Assembly: GCF_001194135.2 (NCBI RefSeq)
Contig: NC_068986.1
Location: 64,136,098 to 64,172,534 of the forward strand
DNA: 36,437 nt
DNA from: Octopus bimaculoides
Lineage: Eukaryota
Direction: 5' to 3'
Below are positions 12,279 through 22,919 of the stretch, one piece after another. Position numbers and translations under genes: made by a program. The notes under the pieces are model-generated. The model saw only the letters and a program-made list of their open reading frames with translations. It was not told the DNA's origin and did not search any database. Every line of letters begins with the position of its first letter. Position 1 is the stretch's first letter.

Positions 12279-12318
12279 TATATATACACATACATGGTAG
12301 AAGTTACGTATACACATA

Positions 12319-13108
12319 CAGGGTGTGGTTAATAAACTGTCATCTAAATTACACAAAAATGAAAATAACACTGACATCTCGTTTTAAAATATATTCAATT
12401 AAATTGCCACTGGCTTCAACCAGACGATTTCGGAATCTCCTGCAACTCTTCTGGACAGTCTCCTTGTTTAAGTTGGTGAATGTGGCCGTAATCCTTGCTT
12501 TCAGTTCATCTTTGGTGTTACAAGGAATTTTGTTGGTCTCTCGCTCAACTGTGCCCCACACATTAATCAAGGGGGTTGTAGTCTGGGGAGTTAGGTGGTC
12601 AGATGTTAGGGGTGATGTGGTTGTAGAAATTGTCTGACAGCCATGACTGAGTTCTCCTGCTTGTGTAGCATGGTACAGAATCTTGTTGCCAGACATAGGG
12701 TCTTCCAGCAGCCACCCTTTTCACCCAGGGCAGCACTACCTCCTCCAGGCACTTGATGTAGGCCTCCATGTTGAGTCTGAGGCTGTGTGGGAAGATGTAT
12801 AGAGGCATAACATTGCCATCACTAGTGATCACTCCAAGCACCATGATGTTGACTGGATGTTTGATTTTTATAACTCTTGGTACATGTCCTCAGATTAATA
12901 TCCAAACACTCTGCAATGTTCATATTGGAGCTTCCGGCATGAATGCCAAGCAGTACATGTCGTTGGCAGAGTGAATTGCATCATGGTGATGTTTTTCTCA
13001 CAGGCAGTGCCGAACTGACCTTACTTTACTGTGTAGTTGACAAGATCAAGAACAATGCACATGCACAAAATTAAAAATATAAAATGGCGACAATTTACCC
13101 ATCGTGCT
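12319..13108 (-). mobile_element. Internally deleted Tc1/mariner-superfamily element of DD37D (maT) type
   Basis: Starts TA|cagggtgtgg at 12319, with a degenerate counterpart near 13085-13108. Peptides VMVLGVITSDG..PL.IFP, YVWQQDS.PC.TS..TQ.WL, *PPNSPDYNPLD and VWGTVERETNK; 37 residues separate the 2nd and 3rd catalytic Asp. Confidence 0.85.
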
Positions 13109-13190
13109 ATGTGTGTGTGTGTGTGTATCTATATTTATATAGTGTGTGTCATTTGCTGCCAACTCCCCAACTGTTTCCAAGTAAAATTTG

Positions 13191-13215
<25 letters not shown>

Positions 13216-13221
<6 letters not shown>

Positions 13222-13385
13222 TGGCTGTGTGGTTAAGAAGTTTGCTTCCCATCCACATGGTTTTAGATTCAGTCCTACTGCATGGCTCCTTGGGCAAGTG
13301 TCTTCTTCTATAGCCCCAGGCTATAGTAGAAGGCTTTTAAGTGAATTTCATAGATGGAAGCTGATAGAAACACATTGTGTGTGTG
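13216..13385 (+). mobile_element. tRNA-derived SINE (degraded)
   Basis: A-box-like gtggctgtgtggtt and B-box-like agattcagtcc, then ttgggcaagtgtcttct.ctatagc. A homologous copy lies on the minus strand at 24110-24392. Confidence 0.75.
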
Positions 13386-15013
13386 TGTAAAGTCCATCTG
13401 TTTTTCTGCCTAATCAGTTTAACTGCCTGCCTATTTCTAGCTGTGTTTCTGTTTATCTATGTCAGCTTGGTTGTCTCTCAGTGCAACTGTGTCTTGTATG
13501 TCTGACTGGCCATATAATTCTGTGTGCGATTGTTTTTCTGCTTGCTTATTTGGATATGCTTCTGTAGCTCTTACATGTTTGTTTGCCTGTTGTATGTCTC
13601 TGTTACATACATGTGTGAAGTGGTCCATTTTGTTGGTGTGCATAACCTTTTTAAGGACATTGATTTTTAAACAAACATATTCAGACATTGTCAAACTATT
13701 TGGTGTCCAACCTCTGTATCCACAAATTAACTGATCTACACTTGATGTTATGTATGTGAATCCTCCCACATCTCCTCTCCTCCCTCCTCTCTTCAGTCTT
13801 CTCTTCCTTGTCTCTGTGGCTTGCATGCTTCTATGACACATTAAGCCAAATTTGATAAATTGCATGAAAAAAGACAATATCTAGATAGGCCTGATGAAAT
13901 ATGGTCATTCTGGGTGCCAGACTGTTTGAATAAAATTTCTGGGCAGGTTTATTGACGAAACAATTTTTTTTTCTTCAGAGTGAATAACACCTCTTCATAA
14001 TAGTATTCGAAATCAGTGAGGTGTATAATTTACTACTGGTGATGATGATGATTAGAAATTAGAGGAAATGTTTTTCAAAAATAAATAAATATTAAATGTC
14101 TTGTAAACTGCAATAAGCTATATATGGGATCCAGTTTCAGAAATAATTTCAGGAATAAAATGCCAGTCTATTATAGGTAATTTTTTTCCCTTTGACATGG
14201 TGACTATTTCAGATGAACCAAGGCAATGTAGAATAACACATCCTCAGAAACTCAGCAAAACACCCTCAATGGATTTGAACTGGTGATCCATAGGCAGGTA
14301 GTTAATAACTTATCCACTTGACTATTCTGCTTTTATGTTCTAGCTGCTAATTAAGGCAAGGTTAAAAGTTACCTCCTCTAACTAGTAAATAATTGAAATT
14401 CTTAATAAAATTTATTTGAAATATAGTAGAATGTATAGAAGAATGAAAGAATATTCCATAAAAACATTCTGATTTCTTTTTATTGTTCACATGGACAGCT
14501 GGAATATAAACTTGTCTTTAAAATGTCAGCTTGAAGTTGATCCTTAATAAATTGGCTCTAACTCTTTTGCATAGTCTGAATCTATAGTTCTTTTGTCGTA
14601 TGTAAAATATCATAGTGTATAGTGGTCAAGACATTTATTTCTCTAATGGTGAATTTACATAGCTCTAATTGCCTGCTGCTGCTGGCTACTATAGTGTACC
14701 ACTGTAATTAATGAGGTTTGTTAGCTTGCAGTAATAAATTCAATCCCACCCACTATCACAACAGGATTGGAAAACTGCAGTGGAAATCATACCATTCTCA
14801 TTCTTCTCAATCGTTAGTCAAAGATACCTTAGACACAGTAGGGTTACAAGGTTACAATGAGTGTTAGTTTGTTGAGAGGGGTAAGGTCTATAGCCTTTTT
14901 ATGGAATAATTAGGCATGGTTGTTAGGTAAAATCTGAAATTTGATTGAGCAACCTTACAGTCAGTGGTATGCTAAACATGACCATCTTGTCTTTCCAAGC
15001 AATTTATCTAGGA

Positions 15014-15231
15014 CAGTGTTTCTCAATCACTTTTTTTTATAAGATACTCCTTTTGATCTTGTAAAATTATCAAGAGTATTCCCTCCCCACTACAAAGCAA
15101 AGCAGTTGTTTTTTTCTCTCAGCATTTGTATTGGTCTTTAATATAAAGTGTTGATGGTCACAACCAGCACCACCCCAAATATTCTATAACACCCTCCAAG
15201 AGGGTACTACAGTCTCTTTTGAGGAACATAG
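15014..15231. mobile_element. Possible hAT/Charlie-type MITE relic
   Basis: Left end cagtgtttctcaa; degenerate right end tttgaggaacatag; no intact TSD. Confidence 0.35.
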
Positions 15232-15463
15232 ATTGAAGGTTGTTTTATTTAATGAGTTATTCCACTTTTAGAACAGTAGTGTGTGATTTAAGGGAGATTT
15301 GACTGCTGATGTTGGCAAGTTAAGCAACTCAGTTGGCTCATTGCCTTTATTGAGCAAGATTTATGTGGTTAGTATTTGTTTTGAATCTTCGAAGGTTTGT
15401 GGTTGTAAAAATGTTTTTAGAAGGTGGGTGGGGACCCCAGTTTTAATGGAAGATAGTATTTGA

Positions 15464-15897
15464 CCCTTTAGCATTCAAACCGGCCATATCTGGCCCAAAT
15501 ATGCTATCTGTTTTATGTTCAAACCAGCTAGATTCAGCCTCTCATACCTACCCTGCAATGTTATTCTAAAAATAAACAATTACACTGAAATCTTGAAGCT
15601 ATGAGGCAATGTATTGTTAATTTTAAAACAATGTGAATAAAGAAGCATTACATTTGATCTGAAGGCTCAAGGGTTAACCCTTCAGAATTTAAACTAGCCA
15701 TGTCTGACCAAATTATTCTACTTGTTTTATATTCAAACTGACCAGATCTGGCCTTTTATACCTACCCTAAAATGTCATTCTCAAAATAAACTATTACATC
15801 ATTTGAAATCTTGAATCTACGTGACAATGGGTGATTAATTCAAAATATGTGAATAAACATGCACTAAATTTGACAGAATAATCTGAATGCTAGAGGG
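15464..15897. mobile_element. Two head-to-tail TTAA-targeting (piggyBac-like) MITEs, 15464-15673 and 15678-15897
   Basis: Termini ccc...ggg with TIR consensus near ccctttagcattcag. Flanks ttga / ttaa / ctaa, the central TTAA (15674-15677) being shared. Internal sequences are clearly homologous. Confidence 0.72.
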
Positions 15898-16410
15898 CTA
15901 ATATAAAGCAGAATGGAGGCTAAGACAACAAGAGTTGATAGAAGGCAGAGAATTGTTATATCATGGTTAATAGAAGTCTTAAATTCTGAGTATGATCTAT
16001 GGCTTCTAACTAGAAAAATATTTGTCGAATTTTATAATGAAAATTTATAGGAAACACAAGTTAAATAACTTTGCAACTTAAAAAAAAAACTATTTACAAT
16101 TTTAATTATTTTTAAATATGTAAAAAATAAACAAGAATAGAAATATAAAATATTCACATTGTCCAATAAAGTCAACATCACGGTGGTGCACCAGCATGAC
16201 CGCAGCCACTTGGCTGAAACACATAAATAAAATAAATAAGTAGTTCAGATAACTAAATATATATAGAACTGCTGTTTGATTCACTTTAAAACTGGTAGTA
16301 TTTTGTTAAACATTTTTGTTTTGCATTTTTCAATGTTATACTTAGGCCTTTTGCTTTGTGACTGTCTTTTTGATTTAAATCTCTTAAATTTCTCACTATT
16401 TTTCCTGTTT

Positions 16411-16443
16411 AATCTAATAAAGTTTTGCTTCCTCATTTTTTAG
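16411..16443 (+). promoter_or_regulatory. 3' splice acceptor of a 5'-UTR intron immediately before the GTF3C1 start codon
   Basis: Branch-like ctaat (~16414), pyrimidine tract gttttgcttcctcattttt, then TAG|G (AG at 16442-16443), 9 nt before the ATG. The TAG is also an in-frame stop. Confidence 0.75.
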
Positions 16444-16452
16444 GTTTCCAAC

Positions 16453-19400
16453 ATGGCTGCTGACTTTGTTGGGGATCTGTTGGATGAAGTGGCTTTAGAA
16501 GGGTTAGATGGGACAACACTTAATACATTATGGATACGACTTAAAGACCGCCCAAACTTTGCTTTCAAAATAGACGATCAGTCTAAAGAATTTATCTGGA
16601 ATTCTTTAGTAATTCAAGATCAACTTCAGTTCTATGAACTCCCAACTGACCGCCTCCCACTTGTTACCATCAACCATTTTGATTACCAAGATCCTTCTAC
16701 AGGTCAGTGGATTGAAGCTGCCAAGATTGTCGACTGCTATCCTATTGAAGTAGTCAAAGATAACCCATGTGTCCAAGGTTCATGCTCCACTTATTCAACT
16801 CGATTAAATATCACAAATCAAATACGCTCAGATGATTACCAAAAGCTTTGTAGTCTAGAAGAAGCCGAAGCACTATGGGGCGAGAGAATGGTTATTGTTG
16901 CTTCCCAGAATTTACGGAGTATGTCTCTGTTTGGACCAGACAGAGACCCAAATATGAGGTTGTTGGATTTACCATATTGCATCTTAGAAAGAATTGGTCG
17001 TTCTCGTTATATTGGGGAACTCACCCGAGGACACAACAGTTTAGCTGTTTTTAGCGATTCGCCAAAACTTATGTTTCATTATTTTAAGTTACTAATCCGT
17101 TTATCACTTGTCCGTAAGCAAGTATTTGCTATGACCAATGTTGTAAATAAACAGGTCCACACTAGATTATTACATCTACCTCGATTTTACTCTGAAAAGA
17201 AATCTCGGTACATGGTTCTACTAGAACGCCTCACCAGCTACTTGAAGACCAAATACAGCCACCAAGAAGAGGTTGCTATTTGTAAGGAAGATATCGGGAT
17301 TGATGATCAGTCCTTCAAGAAGCTGTGTCGGGCTTCTACTAGATATGTGCGGATATTTAATATGAACTACAGAGATATGTATCCAGACTCAGAAGTTATT
17401 GAAAATGTGAAAAACAAAAAGTATAAGGAGAAAACAGTTCGTGTGATTCAAATGATGAGAGAGTATGGTGTCGAGGAAGATGAAGATGAAGAAGAAATAG
17501 AAAGTGACGAAGAGGGAGAAGATACTGCGACAGTGACTAAAGATGAAAAAAACAAATCAGAGCCTATAAAATTACTATGGGAAAGGCCATTTATCCAACA
17601 AGCAAATGATTTACTTGAATGTGCTGGTCCTGGGGGCATGTCTCTTAAAGATATGATGAAGTGTATGAATATTTCAACTTTTGAAAGCCGTAGTGTCCTG
17701 AAGTATTTGACTAGGACCAAAGCATCTCACTCAGTTATGTTAGATGTTGGCAGACAGCGTAAAGCTATGTATATCTCCTATAAATTCGCCAACACCAGTA
17801 AATTACATATGGATTTAGAAAAAGAAAGGAACAAAATGGAACAGTTGATAAAGTCAACTCCCAAACTTCCATTTAAATCTACACCCCAGCAGAAGGGATT
17901 AACATCTGAGGAGAAGAATAAAGAATCAGCCCCACACACTAATTCAAGTGGAACCAATCAACAAGATGCTACTGTTGATCCTGTAATGAATATGCAGGAA
18001 GAGGATGATACTAAAAAACCACGCCTCACTTCAAAGGTCCTTCAGCGGACCAACTGGATCATTGAAGCTGTTCAAGAAGCTAAATTAGTTGATAAGACAT
18101 TTGCTTTAAAGAATATGATTTTAAATAAAGAAAAAGCCATGGGCGAATCAACTCAAATTGACAAGAAATCTGTCGACCGTATCCTGCGACGTCTGCAAAA
18201 GAATGGACAAATCCGGTTAATAAAAACCATAATTAAAACTGATAATAAACAAAAAGAATTAACGTTCATTTGTGATCCCAGTATCACACCTGATCATCAA
18301 ATTGTGAAGAGTGCTATAGAACAAGCTAAACTGAAATATTTTGGGGTTTGCAAAGAGCATTTACGTGAATCTGAGCGTATGAAGATGAACAGCCGTTTGC
18401 TTATGAAAGATATGCCTCCTAGTGTCCAAGATAGTGTGCGCAAACTGCATGACCACCGAAGCAAGATGAAAGCATGTGATATGCGTTATGATCCATCATA
18501 TATGAGAAAGTATGGTGTCTTACCAAAGTTTCGTAAAGCTGAAACTGTCCACAAATTATTGTGGTACTTGATATATGCTAATAGAAACAAGACACCCATA
18601 CCAAATGACCAAATTCGTAAAGATCCTGCTTTGGAGGTGAAAGCTGACCCTGATAGTGACATCACTACTACCACAACTTACGATTCACCTCAGGCTCTTA
18701 TACCTGAGACTGATGTTGATGGTAATGTGGAGTGGAACATAAAATCAACTGAAAGTGTCCCTCCTGTGTATGTTGATGACAATTCATGGCGGCGTTATCT
18801 TGCTCCTTTGCCTCTACATTCTGGATTCCAGGTCGGCTGGTGTCTTATCAGTGACGTTTTGCTTTTGTTACCCCTACAGTTATTTTGTCAAATAGTCTCT
18901 CTTCCATACAAAATTAATGGTCTGAAAGAATTTCTTGCAGATCCTGTGAAACGCTACTATCCTATAACTTACCTGCCTTTTAAACTTACCCAGCAACTCC
19001 TCTATGCTCGTCGTTACATATTTACGTTTTATGAAGTTTGTACATTACTCTGTCAAATGGGGTTACTCTCATTTGGAGATCAAGTCCTCAAAGAGAAAGA
19101 CCAAGTGTTTATTTACCTTCACAAAAATGCTAAACTGGTTGATACGAAAAGTTCTGTTGTTGGCTACTGTCAGGTTCGCCCACCTGAAGGACAAACATTT
19201 CCAATTGAATCCTTTCATTTAGATAGCTGGGAAGTTCTTGAAAATTATTGGTTCTGTTTTAGAGTCACTGCATTGAATACTCCATTAGGAAGATATCACA
19301 AAGTGGTTGATGAAGTAAAATGGGAAGAAGAACATGGTGTAGCCCCAGTCTCTTATAGTTTGTCTGATGCTCAATCTGCAAAGACACCGGATACAGTTAT

Positions 19401-22400
19401 TGACAATGGTGCCATACCTGGTGATGGATTAGGTGCTGCCGGCTTCGACTCTTCTCTATTTTGCCATATCTCTCGGAATTGGTTTTGGTATGCTGAGACC
19501 AGTCAATGGAAGAATATTGTTAAAGAAAAAAGAGTAGATAAAAAATCTAGTGATGTAATATCGCCCTTACATCCAACTATCTTTGAAGAGAATTCTCTTA
19601 GCCAGAGACTTCCTCGACTTTTTGGACCAAAAAGGAGACTGGCGCTTGATAAAAATGATGAGGCTGCTGAAACTTTTGGGAAAAAGAATGCATCTGAAAA
19701 CCCAAATGACAAAGAAGGAAAATCAAAATTTCCTTTGTCAAAAATTCCCAAACCCAAAAAACGGAAATTATTTGGTTATTTGAACAAAGGATTAAAAAAG
19801 AAAGCTCGTAAACGTACTGAGATTTATGATGAACGAGATAAATTAGCTTTAAAAAGTAAGACCAAGGAAAGAGTTGTTTGGTCACAGCAGGAAGACAGCT
19901 TTTTGCTTCTCTGTAAAGTTGCCAATCTTTTCATGGAAAATAGAAGACCTAATGTACTTAGTCGTATGATTGTTTCTTGGACCAAGATTCGAGATTTACT
20001 TATGGATAAATATCCAGAGTATGCTAAAGATAAAACATCAAAAGCATGTCAGCGAAGAGTATCATTTGTTCTGAAGAATCCTCAAACAGTCCTTAATGTT
20101 TCTGCATTTCTACAAGAAGCGTTGCATGACTCCAAACTTATGGAAGATTTCGGTTACAGGAGATTTAAATATGTACAGGATGATGAAACTGACAAAATAT
20201 TTGAGGATCTAGTAAACCGATTAATTGAGAAATTTTCTTCAGATAAATACACACAGAGATGTGATCTTCCAAATTCTTTGAATCAGCTTAACAATAACTA
20301 CATTTTAACCCAAATTGGTAAATGGAAGAAAGTCTCTGAACCTAAAGATATTACTCGAGTGGATGATATCTATGCTACAGTCTTGCATAATATTATACAC
20401 AGTTATCTATCATTGAATGATAAACAAGGCAGAGCCCATGAAATGTTCCGTTTATTTAACCAGTATCCAGAGAGCTTAATGAATGAAGTATTTGCACAAA
20501 TGCAGTCAGATCGTATGATCACTCGAGTTAAGAGAAAAGTAATTAAAAACAAACAGAAAGAGGCAGACCTTTCTTCCTTAAATACTCATCAACTGAGCCA
20601 AAAATACAATTATTATTTTATTAGTAGGTTTCCTCCTAATTTATTTTCTGACATCTTTGAGATGGTTGATTTGGTGGAATCTGCTTCAACTGAAGGTTAC
20701 AATGTGTCTGATGTACCAAAAGGGGGATATGCAGCTTTTATAGTTTCAATCGTTGGCCTTCAATTAGCTAAGTTTGATGTAACAATACCTGATAAAATTA
20801 TTGTCCTTGATCCTGAGGGATTGAAATCAAATCCTATTGGTCGAGGGAAAGTTCCAAAGACAAATGAACCTGAAGATGATTCTGTTGCTGAAGGAGATCT
20901 CCAAGTTTCCGAGAATTCTCCAAAGTCTCCTGCAAATGAATCTTCTACAGAATGTGAAAGTGTTTCTCAAGAAATCCAACAGAGTGGGCAGAAGAGGCCA
21001 CGGGAAGACAGTATAAACAAAGATTCTTTAACAGATGATGATTCTGGACCTAGTGCACCAAAAAGCAAGCCAATCCCTTCCAACACATCAAAACCTTTGG
21101 TAATCAGACCTCATCATTTGCCCAGGAAAACAAATGCTAGAGTTTCTCGTGTGACTCTGTCCCTTGCCCGATCTGAAAATATCACAGGTTTGAACCTGCG
21201 TGAATTAAACCCACAAGATAACTTTGTAATCAACAGTTGTGTTGTTAAAATAAGTCTTCTTAATTCTTTGTTACCTAAATTTCATGGTAATACTGAAAAA
21301 GATGTTTTACTTGTGGAGTCTGCATCGTCATCAGGGGACATTTTATGGATCACCGAAAAAGTCTTTAAGAACATTATAAGGAAACAATATCAGTTAGTAC
21401 CACAGCCAGAAGAAGTGTCTACAATTTGGGATAATCTTCGAAAGCAGACTAATATGTCAGCTCGTGATATTGGTCTCCTACAGCAAATATTGAGTGTTAT
21501 CGAAAGAGAGCAAAGCATGGGAATCCGAAAATATGATCTCCAGTATCATTTCCAAAATCGGTGGTTACAAGTCAAAAAGTGTGTGAATGTCCTTGAAAAA
21601 CATCAACTGATCCTAAAAGTCGGTGTCACAGTAGAACGCTATGTTTCTGTCAAATATTCACGTCCATGGATTATACATGCATTTAAAAATACTCGTGGCC
21701 GATCAGATCAGAACAATATTGATGATTGCTTCTCTGATTTACTCTCCAGCCCAGAAGAGGAATACACCAAATCTTTCACATCTCTTGATGAATCAAATAT
21801 TGCAGATTCTGGTGCATCAGCTTGTGATGCTGCTTTAAATGCATTGAAACAACTTGAAGCTGAATGCAATTCCAATTGCACACTTAACCTTAGCTATCAG
21901 TCAACACCGTCATGTAGTTCAAACAGCAGTACATTTGGGTTGCCTAGCAACAACCGAATACCAGCTTGTACCTCTCAACCTCCAGAACAAGAATATGACA
22001 ATGGTGAAGATGATGATGTCATTTTACTTGAAAATCCAAGCACAGCAGGTAATTTTTCAATGAGTAAGCGAGTTAAGAAGAAACCTGCCAGACTAGCATT
22101 GAATGAAGATGCTTCTTGTACAGCACCTTCATTGAGTACATACAAAAAAGTGCGTGTACTCTGCCGTCCATGGAGAAAGCCTGAAGGTTTGCTCAATAGA
22201 AATGTATTAAAGATGATGCTTGAATCACTTATGTTTTTCATCATGTCCAAGCCTGGAGTGTCTGAAGAAACAATTTTTGCCAAGTACAATCCTGTTTTGC
22301 AGCCAGTACCCGTTAAGGAACTATTGGGACTTTTGGAAGATATTGGTTGTGTCTCAAAGACTATATTGAGGAAACCAAGGTGGATCTCAGTATTTAGCAA

Positions 22401-22530
22401 AACAAATTCCATTGAGGAAGTTGAAGAAGACCACGAAGGAGATGTTATTATGTATGATGTAACTTTGGAAGGGACTTTACGAATGGGACAATTCATGAGT
22501 CATTTGATGTCATCCAAAGTGTCACATTAA
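16453..22530 (+). CDS. GTF3C1: General transcription factor 3C polypeptide 1 (TFIIIC220/tau138 ortholog, B-box-binding subunit); single-exon CDS, 2025 aa
   Basis: Uninterrupted 2025-codon ORF with good start context (caacATGG). The N-terminus LLDEVALEGLDG, the segments QGSC, IVASQ..R..LFG, YCILERIGRSR..GEL (B-block binding domain, ~16975-17187) and DVGRQR, and the C-terminal RPWR..EG.LN...M.E...F.IMSKPG...VLQPV...ELL..LE..GC all match my recollection of human GTF3C1. Confidence 0.95.
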   Translation: MAADFVGDLLDEVALEGLDGTTLNTLWIRLKDRPNFAFKIDDQSKEFIWNSLVIQDQLQFYELPTDRLPLVTINHFDYQDPSTGQWIEAAKIVDCYPIEVVKDNPCVQGSCSTYSTRLNITNQIRSDDYQKLCSLEEAEALWGERMVIVASQNLRSMSLFGPDRDPNMRLLDLPYCILERIGRSRYIGELTRGHNSLAVFSDSPKLMFHYFKLLIRLSLVRKQVFAMTNVVNKQVHTRLLHLPRFYSEKKSRYMVLLERLTSYLKTKYSHQEEVAICKEDIGIDDQSFKKLCRASTRYVRIFNMNYRDMYPDSEVIENVKNKKYKEKTVRVIQMMREYGVEEDEDEEEIESDEEGEDTATVTKDEKNKSEPIKLLWERPFIQQANDLLECAGPGGMSLKDMMKCMNISTFESRSVLKYLTRTKASHSVMLDVGRQRKAMYISYKFANTSKLHMDLEKERNKMEQLIKSTPKLPFKSTPQQKGLTSEEKNKESAPHTNSSGTNQQDATVDPVMNMQEEDDTKKPRLTSKVLQRTNWIIEAVQEAKLVDKTFALKNMILNKEKAMGESTQIDKKSVDRILRRLQKNGQIRLIKTIIKTDNKQKELTFICDPSITPDHQIVKSAIEQAKLKYFGVCKEHLRESERMKMNSRLLMKDMPPSVQDSVRKLHDHRSKMKACDMRYDPSYMRKYGVLPKFRKAETVHKLLWYLIYANRNKTPIPNDQIRKDPALEVKADPDSDITTTTTYDSPQALIPETDVDGNVEWNIKSTESVPPVYVDDNSWRRYLAPLPLHSGFQVGWCLISDVLLLLPLQLFCQIVSLPYKINGLKEFLADPVKRYYPITYLPFKLTQQLLYARRYIFTFYEVCTLLCQMGLLSFGDQVLKEKDQVFIYLHKNAKLVDTKSSVVGYCQVRPPEGQTFPIESFHLDSWEVLENYWFCFRVTALNTPLGRYHKVVDEVKWEEEHGVAPVSYSLSDAQSAKTPDTVIDNGAIPGDGLGAAGFDSSLFCHISRNWFWYAETSQWKNIVKEKRVDKKSSDVISPLHPTIFEENSLSQRLPRLFGPKRRLALDKNDEAAETFGKKNASENPNDKEGKSKFPLSKIPKPKKRKLFGYLNKGLKKKARKRTEIYDERDKLALKSKTKERVVWSQQEDSFLLLCKVANLFMENRRPNVLSRMIVSWTKIRDLLMDKYPEYAKDKTSKACQRRVSFVLKNPQTVLNVSAFLQEALHDSKLMEDFGYRRFKYVQDDETDKIFEDLVNRLIEKFSSDKYTQRCDLPNSLNQLNNNYILTQIGKWKKVSEPKDITRVDDIYATVLHNIIHSYLSLNDKQGRAHEMFRLFNQYPESLMNEVFAQMQSDRMITRVKRKVIKNKQKEADLSSLNTHQLSQKYNYYFISRFPPNLFSDIFEMVDLVESASTEGYNVSDVPKGGYAAFIVSIVGLQLAKFDVTIPDKIIVLDPEGLKSNPIGRGKVPKTNEPEDDSVAEGDLQVSENSPKSPANESSTECESVSQEIQQSGQKRPREDSINKDSLTDDDSGPSAPKSKPIPSNTSKPLVIRPHHLPRKTNARVSRVTLSLARSENITGLNLRELNPQDNFVINSCVVKISLLNSLLPKFHGNTEKDVLLVESASSSGDILWITEKVFKNIIRKQYQLVPQPEEVSTIWDNLRKQTNMSARDIGLLQQILSVIEREQSMGIRKYDLQYHFQNRWLQVKKCVNVLEKHQLILKVGVTVERYVSVKYSRPWIIHAFKNTRGRSDQNNIDDCFSDLLSSPEEEYTKSFTSLDESNIADSGASACDAALNALKQLEAECNSNCTLNLSYQSTPSCSSNSSTFGLPSNNRIPACTSQPPEQEYDNGEDDDVILLENPSTAGNFSMSKRVKKKPARLALNEDASCTAPSLSTYKKVRVLCRPWRKPEGLLNRNVLKMMLESLMFFIMSKPGVSEETIFAKYNPVLQPVPVKELLGLLEDIGCVSKTILRKPRWISVFSKTNSIEEVEEDHEGDVIMYDVTLEGTLRMGQFMSHLMSSKVSH

Positions 22531-22913
22531 TCTGTTACATAACTGATGACAGATTTCTATTTTTACCTCAATTCCATATGGTCCAAAAGAACTTCCCCAC
22601 TCCCCATTAAAAAAAAATGGAATTAAAAAAATATAAAAAAGAGAACCTCATTTGCTGCATTACTCCAATTTTTGGATTTACACAAAAGAAAAAGAAAAGA
22701 AAAAAAGTAATCTTCACTTGTTTTTGTCCATTATTTCATAAGAAAAGAATCTTGTAGTTTTTAGGACCTGGTTTCTATGTATGCATGGCCTGACATATGT
22801 GGAAACAATACACCACAGTGGAAATACACAATTTTTCCTCAATTTCAAATCATTTCATTAACTTGTGACTCATCTGTGTATCAATATATAATTATTTAGA
22901 TCATAAAACAGTA

Positions 22914-22919
22914 AATAAA
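22914..22919 (+). terminator. Probable polyadenylation signal of GTF3C1
   Basis: AATAAA about 385 nt after the stop codon, followed by a T-rich downstream tract (ttgttttcatttttttt). Confidence 0.45.

Noticed and set aside
13216-13290. tRNA gene
   Set aside because: Only A/B-box relics are present, no cloverleaf forms, and the sequence continues into a SINE body.
13886-13972. ctgatga...gaaac resembling a hammerhead ribozyme core
   Set aside because: No stem II closes between CUGAUGA and GAAA, and no convincing stems I or III are present.
17448-22496. Antisense and alternate-frame ORFs inside GTF3C1 (e.g. 21975-22496, 173 aa)
   Set aside because: Shadow ORFs of a long coding sequence, with no independent features.
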